This document shows positions 1-8,459 of a stretch of DNA of 57,760 nucleotides, piece by piece. Origin of the DNA: Candidatus Magasanikiibacteriota bacterium (GTDB taxonomy: Bacteria > Patescibacteriota > Patescibacteriia > Magasanikbacterales > UBA922). The notes below the pieces were generated by a model that saw only the letters and a program-made list of their open reading frames with translations, had not been told where the DNA came from and did not search any database. The stretch is taken from positions 90,802-148,561 of the forward strand of contig JBAQFA010000009.1 of assembly GCA_049287025.1 (NCBI GenBank), in the 5' to 3' direction. Each line of letters begins with the position of its first letter. Position 1 is the first letter of the stretch. The position numbers were made by a program, and so were the translations under genes.

Positions 1-2
1 CC

Positions 3-167
3 CCAAGACGACAACTGGTGGTAGAAAGTCCATCATATAATAATGATCGTTTTGCTCGTCGGCCCTCAGGTAGAAATTTTTCTTCAGGCAGGAGTAATAA
101 TCAAACTAAACAAAATTCGTTTGGTTATGCAAAGAGAAAGAAAAATACTGGATATAGACATAAATAA
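3..167 (+). CDS. C-terminal fragment of a CDS entering from the left edge; basic R/S/G/N/K-rich tail
   Basis: Hand translation is open from nt 3 to TAA at 165-167 (...RRPSGRNFSSGRSNNQTKQNSFGYAKRKKNTGYRHK*). The tail composition resembles DEAD-box RNA helicase C-termini, but no catalytic motif lies inside the window. Confidence 0.3.
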   Translation, partial: PRRQLVVESPSYNNDRFARRPSGRNFSSGRSNNQTKQNSFGYAKRKKNTGYRHK

Positions 168-170
168 AAA

Positions 171-210
171 ATAATAGAGCCGTGGCAATGCTACGGCTCT
201 ATTATTTTAA
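171..210. terminator. Bidirectional hairpin terminator between convergent genes
   Basis: 13-bp stem ATAATAGAGCCGT / ACGGCTCTATTAT with an A-run before and a T-run after. Confidence 0.7.
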
Positions 211-271
211 TAGCATTTACTAAATTGAATATTTTGGAAAAAGTAAATACTCGGTAAAGTAATATACTTGT

Positions 272-1141
272 TTACCAACAAATTTCCACCTCTTCGCCGA
301 TTTTTTCTTTTAAATAATCCTTAACTTCAAATATTCCACCAATTTGATCAATCAGATCATTTTGTAAAGCCATTTCGCCTAGCATGGTAGAGCCATCGGC
401 TAATATTTCAACTTTTTCAATATCTATTTTTCTATTTTCTGCCACCATTTTGACAAAATTTTGGTGTATGATTTTTATGTCGCGCATCAAAAGATTTTTT
501 TCTTCCTGTGATAATGATTTGTTTGGATCGCCTGTATCTTTAAATTTTCCGGAACTAAGCGAAACGTAGTTTAGTCCTTCTTTAAGATTTTGTTGGGTGT
601 TATCCAAATATGACATGGTCACGCCAATACTACCGACAACTGAATTTTTTGAGGCAAAAATAATATCTGCTCCGCTGGCGGCCATATAGCCAGCTGATAC
701 CCCACCTTCTCTAATAAGGGCAATTGTTGGTTTCTTTGCATTTTTCAAAGCCGTTGCTACTTCTTCACCAGCCACAGGATAACCGCCATAAGAATCAACT
801 TCTAAAATTATGGCTTTTATACTCTCATCATTTTCTGCATCGTTAATGGCATAAACAATATTTTCTGAGGCTGTTGTATCATATGTATTTTCTTCAGTAT
901 CTGTGGGTGGAATATATGTAGTCAAATCGCCGTGTAATTCAACACCTAACACATTACAATCATTTTCTTCCGCCATTTCTTTAGCACTTTGTCCTTCTGT
1001 TAAATATTCTTCTTCAGAACTATCGTCCCAAAACACATCGTGGATATCCCAAGCCAGACTTATCAAACCGACTATGGCTAAAATAATTAATACTGTTTTT
1101 ATTATTTTCCAAGCGGAAATTTTAGCGGATAGGAAGTTCAT
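272..1141 (-). CDS. sppA: Signal peptide peptidase SppA (S49 family, 36K type)
   Basis: N-terminal TM segment followed by KAIILEVDSYGGYPVAGEEV...REGGVSAGYMAASGADIIFASKNSVVGSIGV, typical of the S49 ClpP/crotonase-like SppA core. Confidence 0.85.
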   Translation of the reverse strand: MNFLSAKISAWKIIKTVLIILAIVGLISLAWDIHDVFWDDSSEEEYLTEGQSAKEMAEENDCNVLGVELHGDLTTYIPPTDTEENTYDTTASENIVYAINDAENDESIKAIILEVDSYGGYPVAGEEVATALKNAKKPTIALIREGGVSAGYMAASGADIIFASKNSVVGSIGVTMSYLDNTQQNLKEGLNYVSLSSGKFKDTGDPNKSLSQEEKNLLMRDIKIIHQNFVKMVAENRKIDIEKVEILADGSTMLGEMALQNDLIDQIGGIFEVKDYLKEKIGEEVEICW

Positions 1142-1149
1142 ATTTTTTT

Positions 1150-1767
1150 TTATTGATTAAATAGAAAACCTAAAAGGAATATTGTAATTATAGAAATTGC
1201 AATTTTTAGAAAATCATTTACTTTTCTTATTTTTTCATAATGTCCATATAAATTTATATATGATATAACCATCTCAAAAAAGTCCCGTTCATCGATACGA
1301 TAATATTCATACTCGAATAATTCTTTTAACTCCATAAATGACATCCGGCCCTCTAATGTTTTGGGTAACCCAGATAAATTTTTACTATGTAATCTTAAAA
1401 AATAGATACATTCACGAAAAATGATTGGTTTTTGGTTTTTATTAAATTCTTCTATATTACTATCTAGTAAAGTTAGAAAATTTTCTTTATATTGGTTTTT
1501 ATCAAAATTTAAAATATCAAATCCGTTTTTTTTAGTAAGTTCTATAAAATTTGGTAATAATATTTCGTCGTATATTGCTAAACCATCTTCATCATATCCT
1601 GCCGTAACACTCCCAGTCACAGGTAATTCATTCGGCATTTTATTATAACTAAAAATATTTAAATTATCACTATAGTGATAATATCCTTTATTATCTAAAT
1701 AAAAATCATTTATTTCTTTAATAATTTTTTCACAGTACCCAGATAAATTTTCGGTTTGATTTTTCAT
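1150..1767 (-). CDS. Hypothetical protein with a C-terminal TM anchor
   Basis: 205-aa ORF packed tightly against sppA. Only the last ~25 aa are hydrophobic. No motif recognised. Confidence 0.5.
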   Translation of the reverse strand: MKNQTENLSGYCEKIIKEINDFYLDNKGYYHYSDNLNIFSYNKMPNELPVTGSVTAGYDEDGLAIYDEILLPNFIELTKKNGFDILNFDKNQYKENFLTLLDSNIEEFNKNQKPIIFRECIYFLRLHSKNLSGLPKTLEGRMSFMELKELFEYEYYRIDERDFFEMVISYINLYGHYEKIRKVNDFLKIAISIITIFLLGFLFNQ

Positions 1768-1772
1768 AATTT

Positions 1773-2126
1773 TTATTTATTAGGCAAATTTATTTTTACA
1801 ATGTTTTTCATTTTAAATATACTCACAAAAATTATTAGCGCTCCAATGATATTTAATACTGACCAAATTTCACGAGTGAGATAAAAAGGTGTTATTGGAT
1901 TAAATGTTATTGCTGTAATCGCCAAAATCCATAACCAAGTTTTTTCACTTTGTTTGTAGGCGAGATAAGCGGAATATCCAGCCACGCCAGCAGTTACCCA
2001 ACGCAGAATTTGATAGTAATAGTATGGATTATCAGCTAACGCCCACAGAAGCATTAGAATGACAATAATTTTTGCAATTGTGATTGGCTGGGTTTTGTTT
2101 TGCATAGAAATATATTTAGATACCAT
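1773..2126 (-). CDS. Small integral membrane protein (3-4 TM)
   Basis: 117-aa ORF with hydrophobic segments throughout. Same strand as, and 5 nt from, the next gene. Confidence 0.5.
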   Translation of the reverse strand: MVSKYISMQNKTQPITIAKIIVILMLLWALADNPYYYYQILRWVTAGVAGYSAYLAYKQSEKTWLWILAITAITFNPITPFYLTREIWSVLNIIGALIIFVSIFKMKNIVKINLPNK

Positions 2127-2142
2127 TTTTTATCTATCGTCA

Positions 2143-2748
2143 TTAGATACCATCAAACATAACATCAGATTTAAGGTCGTTACGACTATACAGCCCTAAG
2201 TTCATTTTTTCCGCAAATGATAGGGTACTATTATCAAGTGTATACCCGTATTGTTCTAGAAAGTCTACCCCTTTTGCTATTGCGGTCATTGCGTCACTTT
2301 CATGGATCATTTCTGATATAAATTCTGGATTGGTTTTGCCAGCATCTTTTTTAATAGTAATTATTGTTGTATGCCCAAGTTCTTTAATAATCATATATAC
2401 AAATTTTGCTTCATCAGGTAATTCCCATTCGATAGAATTTTTACCAGGTGCTTTGCTTTCAATACGTGGAAGAGATATTAATTTTTTATTATTTTTATAA
2501 AAAAATGGATGTTTGTGTTTTACAACATCACCATTTTCATATCTGATTATACAAATATCTCCATTAATAGAAATCATTCCTTTGCCTCTAGATATGCCAT
2601 TAATTTTCTCTCCTTGGTCAGTTATAAATCCGCCATGATTAAAAGTGTTTAATAATATTTTAGCATCATCATCTGAAATATTTTTGGTAATGTCATTCAT
2701 AAAATTATTGAGATTATAAATATTTATGTTTAATAGATTAGTAGCCAT
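2143..2748 (-). CDS. Hypothetical soluble protein
   Basis: 201-aa ORF overlapping the upstream membrane-protein gene by 19 nt (operon-like). No motif recognised. Confidence 0.5.
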   Translation of the reverse strand: MATNLLNINIYNLNNFMNDITKNISDDDAKILLNTFNHGGFITDQGEKINGISRGKGMISINGDICIIRYENGDVVKHKHPFFYKNNKKLISLPRIESKAPGKNSIEWELPDEAKFVYMIIKELGHTTIITIKKDAGKTNPEFISEMIHESDAMTAIAKGVDFLEQYGYTLDNSTLSFAEKMNLGLYSRNDLKSDVMFDGI

Positions 2749-3353
2749 TGTAAAGGTAATAAAAATGGTAATATAAAAAAGTTAATAACGTATGTCATCA
2801 ATAAAATAAGTCCGAGAATAACAAGAGAACGTCCAAATTTTATGATAAAATTGTTTTTTTCAATGTCAAGAAAATTAGAACCCCATCCATGATAATTAAA
2901 TAACCATGTGAATACACCAACGAACGTGGCAATACTAATACCTTTTTCAATGCCAAAAAATATAGAAATCAAATAAGTAGTAGCAAACCAAATAAGTATT
3001 ACACATAATAACTTATAAATTCTAATTACATTTTTATTATTTTTGCACCACAATATTATTTTGGTATTTTTGAATTTTTTTGATAAAAGTATTGGTGTGA
3101 CTACAAAAATACATAAGATAAATGGTAAAACAAAGAAAATAAATTCTATATTTCGTAACCATGGAAATAATATCCAAAATGTACGGCCAATAATTATCCA
3201 TAAAAAAATGATAATCAAATAAGATGAGATTTCATCAGCTGATTTTAAAATTTGTTTCATAAATTTTTGATTTAGATTAATCCGTCCCGCCCGAGTATAT
3301 GACTCCGTAATTGTTTGCTGGTAGGAATTTTGACCTGTTATTTTATATAACAT
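2730..3353 (-). CDS. Hypothetical polytopic membrane protein
   Basis: 207-aa ORF with about 5 hydrophobic segments. First gene of the same-strand block 3353->272. Confidence 0.5.
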   Translation of the reverse strand: MLYKITGQNSYQQTITESYTRAGRINLNQKFMKQILKSADEISSYLIIIFLWIIIGRTFWILFPWLRNIEFIFFVLPFILCIFVVTPILLSKKFKNTKIILWCKNNKNVIRIYKLLCVILIWFATTYLISIFFGIEKGISIATFVGVFTWLFNYHGWGSNFLDIEKNNFIIKFGRSLVILGLILLMTYVINFFILPFLLPLQWLLIY

Positions 3354-3467
3354 TTGTCTACGGATAATTCAATATACAGTATACTTGATTATTCTATTTT
3401 TATCAAAATATGCTTTATTTTGTTATTTTATAGTTTTTTGCTATAATCTTGATGTATCATATAACTT

Positions 3468-4700
3468 ATGTCCATATTTATCACAAAAAATTGTTCAGAC
3501 TGTGGCAGTGCGCCGACAAGTCACTGGTCAGAAAGAATGGAAGCAAGGATTTCATATTATATATTTCCATTTTTTAATGTATTTAATACTTGGGGACATT
3601 TTTTTGGCAAGATTTTTTTGCCTTTAACCAGAATAATCTTTCCTTATTTTATAAAATTATTAGTGGTGTTAAAAATAATCCAAATAAAAAATGAGCCAGA
3701 TGAGAAAAATAATTGGCGGAGTAAAGTTTTGTGGGAAGAAGCTGAAAAGAGAGGAATTAAAATGACTGAACTTAGGCCATTTGGTAAATATGTAGATAAT
3801 TTTTGGGCAGAGTATAAGGGAGAAAAGATTTTTTTTGATGGCTTACCTCGACCAAAGGATAAAGTTTATTCAGCTCTAGATTGGATTGATAATAAAACCG
3901 AAATGGCGAAACGATTTTTGGCACAAGGTTTTCCAGTAGCCAAAGGTGGAATCGTCACCAGCTTGAAACAAGCAAAAAAAGTTTTTCAAAAATTATCCAA
4001 ACCAGTTATTACCAAACCAAATGAAGGCTCACGCAGTCGTCATACTACAATTCACATTACCAATGAAGCTGAATTGAAAATTGGCTTTGATAAAGTAAAA
4101 CAATTGTCTCCTTGGGTAGCGATTCAAGAAGAACTAATTGGACCAGTTTATCGGGCGACAGTAATAAATAAAAAGTTAGTGGCGATTTTACGGCGTGATC
4201 CAGCCTGTGTGTATGGTGATGGAGAGAGTAATATAAAAGAATTGGTTATAAAAGAAAATAATAATCCACTACGGCATGGTCCATTATTTCATGAATTGGT
4301 TTTGGATAATGAAGCAATCTCAGAACTTAGTTATCAAAGTTTAATTTTAGATTCTATTCCTACTTTAGATCAAAGAGTGACCCTAGGTACCAAGACCAGT
4401 CGAGGTTCAGGTGGATCAATTGTGGATGTGACAGAAGAAACACACAATGATACAAAAAAATTATTTAATGATGTCGGTGAATTTTTAAATTATCCTTGTG
4501 TGGGAATTGATTTTATTATTTCGGATATAAAAAAATCTTGGGTAGAAACTCCAAGATGTGGAATAATTGAATGTAATAGTTTACCCTTTATTGATCTTCA
4601 TCATTTTCCTTTATTAGGCAAACCAATTAATGTGGCTGGCGCGATTTGGGATTTTATTTACCCCGTGTCATCGGGAAAATTATTTACTGATGTAAAATAA
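3468..4700 (+). CDS. ATP-grasp enzyme resembling the N-terminal ATP-grasp half of cyanophycin synthetase (no Mur-ligase half), with a hydrophobic N-terminus
   Basis: VITKPNEGSRSRHTTIHI..., LVAILRRDPACVYGDGESNIKELV, SRGSGGSIVDVTEETH and GIIECNSLPFIDLHH follow the CphA/RimK-type ATP-grasp pattern. The start is uncertain (alternative Met at 3537). Confidence 0.6.
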   Translation: MSIFITKNCSDCGSAPTSHWSERMEARISYYIFPFFNVFNTWGHFFGKIFLPLTRIIFPYFIKLLVVLKIIQIKNEPDEKNNWRSKVLWEEAEKRGIKMTELRPFGKYVDNFWAEYKGEKIFFDGLPRPKDKVYSALDWIDNKTEMAKRFLAQGFPVAKGGIVTSLKQAKKVFQKLSKPVITKPNEGSRSRHTTIHITNEAELKIGFDKVKQLSPWVAIQEELIGPVYRATVINKKLVAILRRDPACVYGDGESNIKELVIKENNNPLRHGPLFHELVLDNEAISELSYQSLILDSIPTLDQRVTLGTKTSRGSGGSIVDVTEETHNDTKKLFNDVGEFLNYPCVGIDFIISDIKKSWVETPRCGIIECNSLPFIDLHHFPLLGKPINVAGAIWDFIYPVSSGKLFTDVK

Positions 4701-4726
4701 GTGGATAATTTAACTTATAAAATTAT

Positions 4727-4805
4727 CTGTTCAAATCCGTTACAATCTGCTTAATCTGCTGTCTTCTCCAATTTAACAGCAGATTTGAACAAATTAAAGC
4801 AGATT
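4727..4805. repeat. Nested imperfect palindrome between convergent genes (probable bidirectional terminator / repeat element)
   Basis: AATCTGCTT + AATCTGCTGT (4744-4762) pair with ACAGCAGATT (4776-4785) and AAGCAGATT (4797-4805). An alternative outer pairing is CTGTTCAAATC / GATTTGAACAA. Confidence 0.55.
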
Positions 4806-4854
4806 AAAACAGAAAATTGATATAAAGTTTTAAGAGTTTATTTTACTAGGTTTG

Positions 4855-5274
4855 TTAGGATTCTTCAACTAGATAGTCACCTAAGAATTTTTTGAAATCT
4901 TCTATTTTTGGAATTGTGCCAACATCATGAAGATGACCGATCGGACTATATTCCGGACTCAGTTCATAATGTCCGCGAATTTCACTATCAGCAAAAAGAC
5001 GAATATGATATTGATGTTCAAAACCGTCCATTCGTCTTACACTCAGAATTTCTTCATCATCCACCCAAGCCACTTTATTAATTTTAAAATTGTGTTGTTT
5101 TAGATATTCTTCTAATTCTGTTTTATCCACACCAGCCCTAAGATAACCAAGATGAAAATTTTGGCGAGGTGGATAAGGATGGTAACCTAATTTTTTTGCC
5201 AGATCTCTACAAATCGGGAAAAAAGGGGAAATCAATATCCAGAAGATTTTTTTTGCAAAGTTTATAATATTCAT
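4855..5274 (-). CDS. Hypothetical protein
   Basis: 139-aa ORF with no recognised motif. Confidence 0.45.
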   Translation of the reverse strand: MNIINFAKKIFWILISPFFPICRDLAKKLGYHPYPPRQNFHLGYLRAGVDKTELEEYLKQHNFKINKVAWVDDEEILSVRRMDGFEHQYHIRLFADSEIRGHYELSPEYSPIGHLHDVGTIPKIEDFKKFLGDYLVEES

Positions 5275-5333
5275 AAAATTGTATATATTTTATCATTTAT
5301 TGTATGGGAATGGCAATGACATTGGTAAAAAGC

Positions 5334-5359
5334 AAAAAATCCCTTTTCGGGATTTTTTT
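5334..5359. terminator. Hairpin terminator downstream of the tRNA pair
   Basis: AAAAAATCCC-TTTTC-GGGATTTTTT. A/T runs on both sides make it usable in both directions. Confidence 0.7.
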
Positions 5360-5446
5360 GCCATACAGTTTTGGGCATCTTTAGATAACTAAATTTAACC
5401 CGTTGATATTATACACTATCCACAAAATTGTGTAAATAGTGTATAG

Positions 5447-5520
5447 AGCGGTAGACCAGATTCGAACTGGCGACCTTCTCCTTGGCAAGGAGACGTTCTA
5501 GCCAACTGAACTACTACCGC
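5447..5520 (-). tRNA. tRNA-Gly (anticodon GCC)
   Basis: Hand-folded cloverleaf: acceptor GCGGTAG/CTACCGC, anticodon arm TCTCC-TTGCCAA-GGAGA, T arm GCCAG-TTCGAAT-CTGGT, discriminator U. No encoded CCA. Confidence 0.9.
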
Positions 5521-5579
5521 ACTTGTTGGCTTTTTGTAAAAAAGATTATACCAGAAACTTTTTAGGCTTGCAAGCCTAG

Positions 5580-5652
5580 TTGCGGAGCCGGGACTCGAAC
5601 CCGGAACCTCCGGGTTATGGGCCCGGCGAGCTGCCAATTGCTCTACCCCGCG
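5580..5652 (-). tRNA. Initiator tRNA-fMet (anticodon CAT)
   Basis: C1 opposite A72 (mismatch). Three G:C pairs close the anticodon stem (CCGGG-CCCATAA-CCCGG). T arm CCGGG-TTCGAGT-CCCGG, discriminator A. No encoded CCA. Confidence 0.85.
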
Positions 5653-5673
5653 ATGATATAATTTGTGAAGACT

Positions 5674-5702
5674 ATTATATATGGTAATCTCAAAAAAATC
5701 AA
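5674..5702 (-). promoter_or_regulatory. Sigma70-type promoter for the tRNA-fMet/tRNA-Gly pair
   Basis: On the minus strand TTGATT-17 nt-TATAAT, about 20 nt upstream of the tRNA-fMet 5' end. Confidence 0.55.
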
Positions 5703-5766
5703 GTCTGTCCTGTGGGTATATAGTGCGGTGGTGTTTTTATTGACTTTTGTTTAATTTTAGGGCAAA

Positions 5767-6780
5767 ATGGTTTCTGTTATGACACACGTCTATCATATTG
5801 CGAAAAACAAAAAGAATTTAGAACTACGCTTCCAAATTATTAGATTAATTCGGGAATGGTTTTGGGCACAAAATTTTGTTGAGGTAGAATCACCTTTGAT
5901 TGTAAAATTGCCTGGTCAAGAACCAAACTTATCCCCAATGAGAGTTAATGTACATAATGAAAGACAAGAAGAGTTTGTTGGTTATCTCCATACTTCTCCA
6001 GAATATACTATGAAGAAAATGCTTTCGGCTGGTTTTGAAAATATTTTTTATTTGGGCAAGTGTTTTCGTGACAAAGAAAGTTTTGGGGGAACGCATAGCC
6101 TAGAATTTACGATGTTGGAATTTTATAGAGTGGATTCGGATATGTTTGATTTGATGAGAGATGTGGAAAGTCTTTATAATTTTGTAAGTGAAAGATTGAA
6201 GATTGAAGATTTAAGATCAGAAGAGCAGAAGATCAAATTTAAAAGAATTTCAATGAAAGATTTGTGGGAAGAATATGTTGGAGTAAACTTGGACGAATAT
6301 TTGGAAACGAATAAAATGTTAGAACTATGTAAACAGTTTGGCTATAACGTAAGTGACGATGAAACTTATGAAGAATTATTTTATCGGATATTTTTAAATA
6401 AAATTGAAGCCAATCTGACTGAACCGACAATTGTGTATAATTACCCGGCTCAAATGGCCGCTTTATCAAAAGTATCAGAAGACAATCCAGGTTATGCAGA
6501 AAGATTTGAAATATATATAAATGGAATTGAACTAGCCAATGCTTTTTCTGAGTTAACTGATCCACAAGAACAATTGAGACGATTAAAAGAAGAACAAATG
6601 GAACGAGGAAAATTAGGTTTGGATGTTTATGATATAGATATGGAATTTATTGAGGCTCTAAAAAATATGCCAAAATCAGCGGGGATAGCTCTGGGGGTGG
6701 ATAGATTGGTGATGGTAATGGGGGGTTGTCAGGAGATAAATAATGTGATAACATTACCGGCGTCAGAACTTTTTCAATAA
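5767..6780 (+). CDS. epmA: EF-P lysine-34 lysyltransferase (truncated class II LysRS paralogue, GenX/PoxA)
   Basis: Class II aaRS core without an anticodon-binding domain: FVEVESPLIV, YLHTSPEYTMKKML, FRDKE, EFTMLEFY, ELANAFSEL, GIALGVDRL. Sits directly upstream of efp. The start may be at 5779. Confidence 0.8.
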   Translation: MVSVMTHVYHIAKNKKNLELRFQIIRLIREWFWAQNFVEVESPLIVKLPGQEPNLSPMRVNVHNERQEEFVGYLHTSPEYTMKKMLSAGFENIFYLGKCFRDKESFGGTHSLEFTMLEFYRVDSDMFDLMRDVESLYNFVSERLKIEDLRSEEQKIKFKRISMKDLWEEYVGVNLDEYLETNKMLELCKQFGYNVSDDETYEELFYRIFLNKIEANLTEPTIVYNYPAQMAALSKVSEDNPGYAERFEIYINGIELANAFSELTDPQEQLRRLKEEQMERGKLGLDVYDIDMEFIEALKNMPKSAGIALGVDRLVMVMGGCQEINNVITLPASELFQ

Positions 6781-6854
6781 AGCAAGAAAGCAAAAAAACA
6801 CAAAACAAAGTTTGTTTTTATGTTTTATTGTTTTTATGTTTTAATGAATAAAAT

Positions 6855-7421
6855 ATGGGCGACACAACCGACATCAGAAAAGGGGCAGTCATTCGTCATA
6901 ATGGCGATTTGTTTGTTGTCACTTTTTGTCAATTTGTTAATCCAGGCAAAGGCGTGGCTTTTACCAAAACCAAGATGAAAGGTATTTCTTCTGGTAAAAC
7001 CATAGAAAATACTTATAAGAGTGGGGAATCAGTGGATACAGTCCAAGTAGATTATGTAAATATGCAGTATTTGTATCACAATGGCAGTATCTATTCTTTT
7101 ATGAACCAAACAAGCTACGAGACAGTAGAGGTTGATGGTGAATTATTGGGAGATGATGCAAAATATTTAAAAGAAGGTTTGGAGTTAGTTATGGCTACTT
7201 TTGAAGATCGAGTAGTGGCGATGCAATTGCCAAAAAAGATTCAATATAAAGTTTTGGAATCACCACCAGCTGTAAAAGGTGACACAGCGAGTGGTAATGT
7301 GACCAAAGAAATAAAATTGGATAATGGTTTGGATATTTATGCGCCAATTTTTATAAAAGAAGGTGAAGAGATTTTGGTTAATACTGAAACGGGTGATTAT
7401 GCAGGGAGAGTTAATGAATAA
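6855..7421 (+). CDS. efp: Translation elongation factor P
   Basis: 188 aa with the loop FVNPGKGVAFTKTKMK carrying the modifiable Lys in PGKG. Three-domain length typical of EF-P. Confidence 0.9.
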   Translation: MGDTTDIRKGAVIRHNGDLFVVTFCQFVNPGKGVAFTKTKMKGISSGKTIENTYKSGESVDTVQVDYVNMQYLYHNGSIYSFMNQTSYETVEVDGELLGDDAKYLKEGLELVMATFEDRVVAMQLPKKIQYKVLESPPAVKGDTASGNVTKEIKLDNGLDIYAPIFIKEGEEILVNTETGDYAGRVNE

Positions 7422-7498
7422 ACATTGACCCACCTGCAACGCTTGCACTAGCATTGCAGGCAGGTTTCACAGATTAAAATTTAGATTTCACTGATTAT
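7422..7498 (+). repeat. REP/MITE-like intergenic element, copy 1 of 4 (most diverged)
   Basis: The sequence is (TAA)ACATTGACCCACCTGCAA...TTGCAGGCAGG...CACAGATTAAAAT..GATTTCACTGAT. The same consensus occurs at 24897, 36658 and 39879. Confidence 0.7.
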
Positions 7499-7526
7499 AA
7501 AACCCGCTTGATGGCGGGTTTTGTTT
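7499..7526 (+). terminator. Intrinsic terminator of efp
   Basis: AACCCGC-TTGATG-GCGGGTT followed by TTGTTT. Confidence 0.75.
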
Positions 7527-7544
7527 ATGTATGGTTTATAGTTA

Positions 7545-7841
7545 TTACCGTATTAAAAAATATATCAATAAAATTTGTCCAGCAAGAATTAAAGCTAAAA
7601 CAGCTTGAAAAGAAATCTTTTTAGTTTTATGACGAAAAAAGTGCATACCAAGTAGGGCGCCGACTGAACCACCAACCAAACTAAGAATCCACAAAGTTTT
7701 TTCTGAAGTTCTACTCTTGCCTGGTATTTGTGATTTTATTTTATCTAATCCAAAATAAAAAAAAGTAATAATATTTATTACTAAAAAATAGATCAAAATT
7801 ATTTGCGTGAAAATATTCAAACTAATAAACCAAGCAATCAT
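7545..7841 (-). CDS. DUF1294-family small membrane protein
   Basis: GLDKIKSQ...RTSEKTLWILSLVGGSVGALLGMHFFRHKTKK matches the DUF1294 signature as I remember it. Confidence 0.65.
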   Translation of the reverse strand: MIAWFISLNIFTQIILIYFLVINIITFFYFGLDKIKSQIPGKSRTSEKTLWILSLVGGSVGALLGMHFFRHKTKKISFQAVLALILAGQILLIYFLIR

Positions 7842-7844
7842 ATT

Positions 7845-8459
7845 TTAGGTAGTTTGTCTGTGGTGTTTGGCATCTTCATCAGACAGGTGAATAAGAGCTT
7901 GGCGGACTTCATTGGGGTGAGGAATATTATAAAATACCATGTGAATATTATTGGAAGCCGTTTTTACAGTTAAATTGCCATAGTGAAGAATCGTCGCCCA
8001 AAAGCCACTGACATCTACGGTTACATCTTGAATTCTGAATAGATCAGCTTCTGACACTGACCGAGAAAATAAGCCAAACTGTTCTATATCAACAATTCTA
8101 TCATTGGTGACGATCCAAATATCTAGATAAAAATCAATAAATTGGGCATAGAAAAATAAAAATAAACTAAGATAATAAATACTAGCAAACAGAATTGACA
8201 ATGGATAAAAAATTTCTCCAGCTAACAAATGAGGGTAGAGATTATTAATTAAAAAATATATAACACCTGGTACCAAGATTAAAATTAAGAAAAGCAAAAC
8301 CGTAGGTACAAAGGTAATATAGTGTCGGCGGAGTAGATATTCTATCCGTTCGTAGGCTTTTTGTTTTATAAGGTGAGAAATTTGCATAGTATTAAAATAT
8401 TGGAGTGCTAATAAGCCAGTCAGAATTAAATAAAGTGACTGGTATGCGCCAATCGACAT
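7845..8459 (-). CDS. Membrane protein with a C-terminal bacterial PH (YdbS/YdbT-like) domain
   Basis: Two or three TM segments, then WIVTNDRIVDIEQFGLFSRSVSEADLFRIQDVTVDVSGFWATILHYGNLTV. The long start overlaps the upstream gene by 68 nt; an alternative start is at 8387. Confidence 0.5.
   Translation of the reverse strand: MSIGAYQSLYLILTGLLALQYFNTMQISHLIKQKAYERIEYLLRRHYITFVPTVLLFLILILVPGVIYFLINNLYPHLLAGEIFYPLSILFASIYYLSLFLFFYAQFIDFYLDIWIVTNDRIVDIEQFGLFSRSVSEADLFRIQDVTVDVSGFWATILHYGNLTVKTASNNIHMVFYNIPHPNEVRQALIHLSDEDAKHHRQTT

Noticed and set aside
20-32. GTAGAAAGTCC resembling the RNase P RNA GGAAAGUCC motif.
   Set aside because: It lies inside an open reading frame that ends at 167, and no P4 or other conserved helices lie around it.
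3385-3627. 80-aa + strand ORF overlapping the start of the ATP-grasp gene.
   Set aside because: It is out of frame with, and overlapped by, the 410-aa ORF. It has low-complexity hydrophobic content and is likely spurious. It only adds to uncertainty about the true ATP-grasp start.
5416-5637. 73-aa minus-strand ORF.
   Set aside because: It is entirely a translation of the tRNA-fMet and tRNA-Gly genes (the typical ...PGSSPGS... tRNA read-through).
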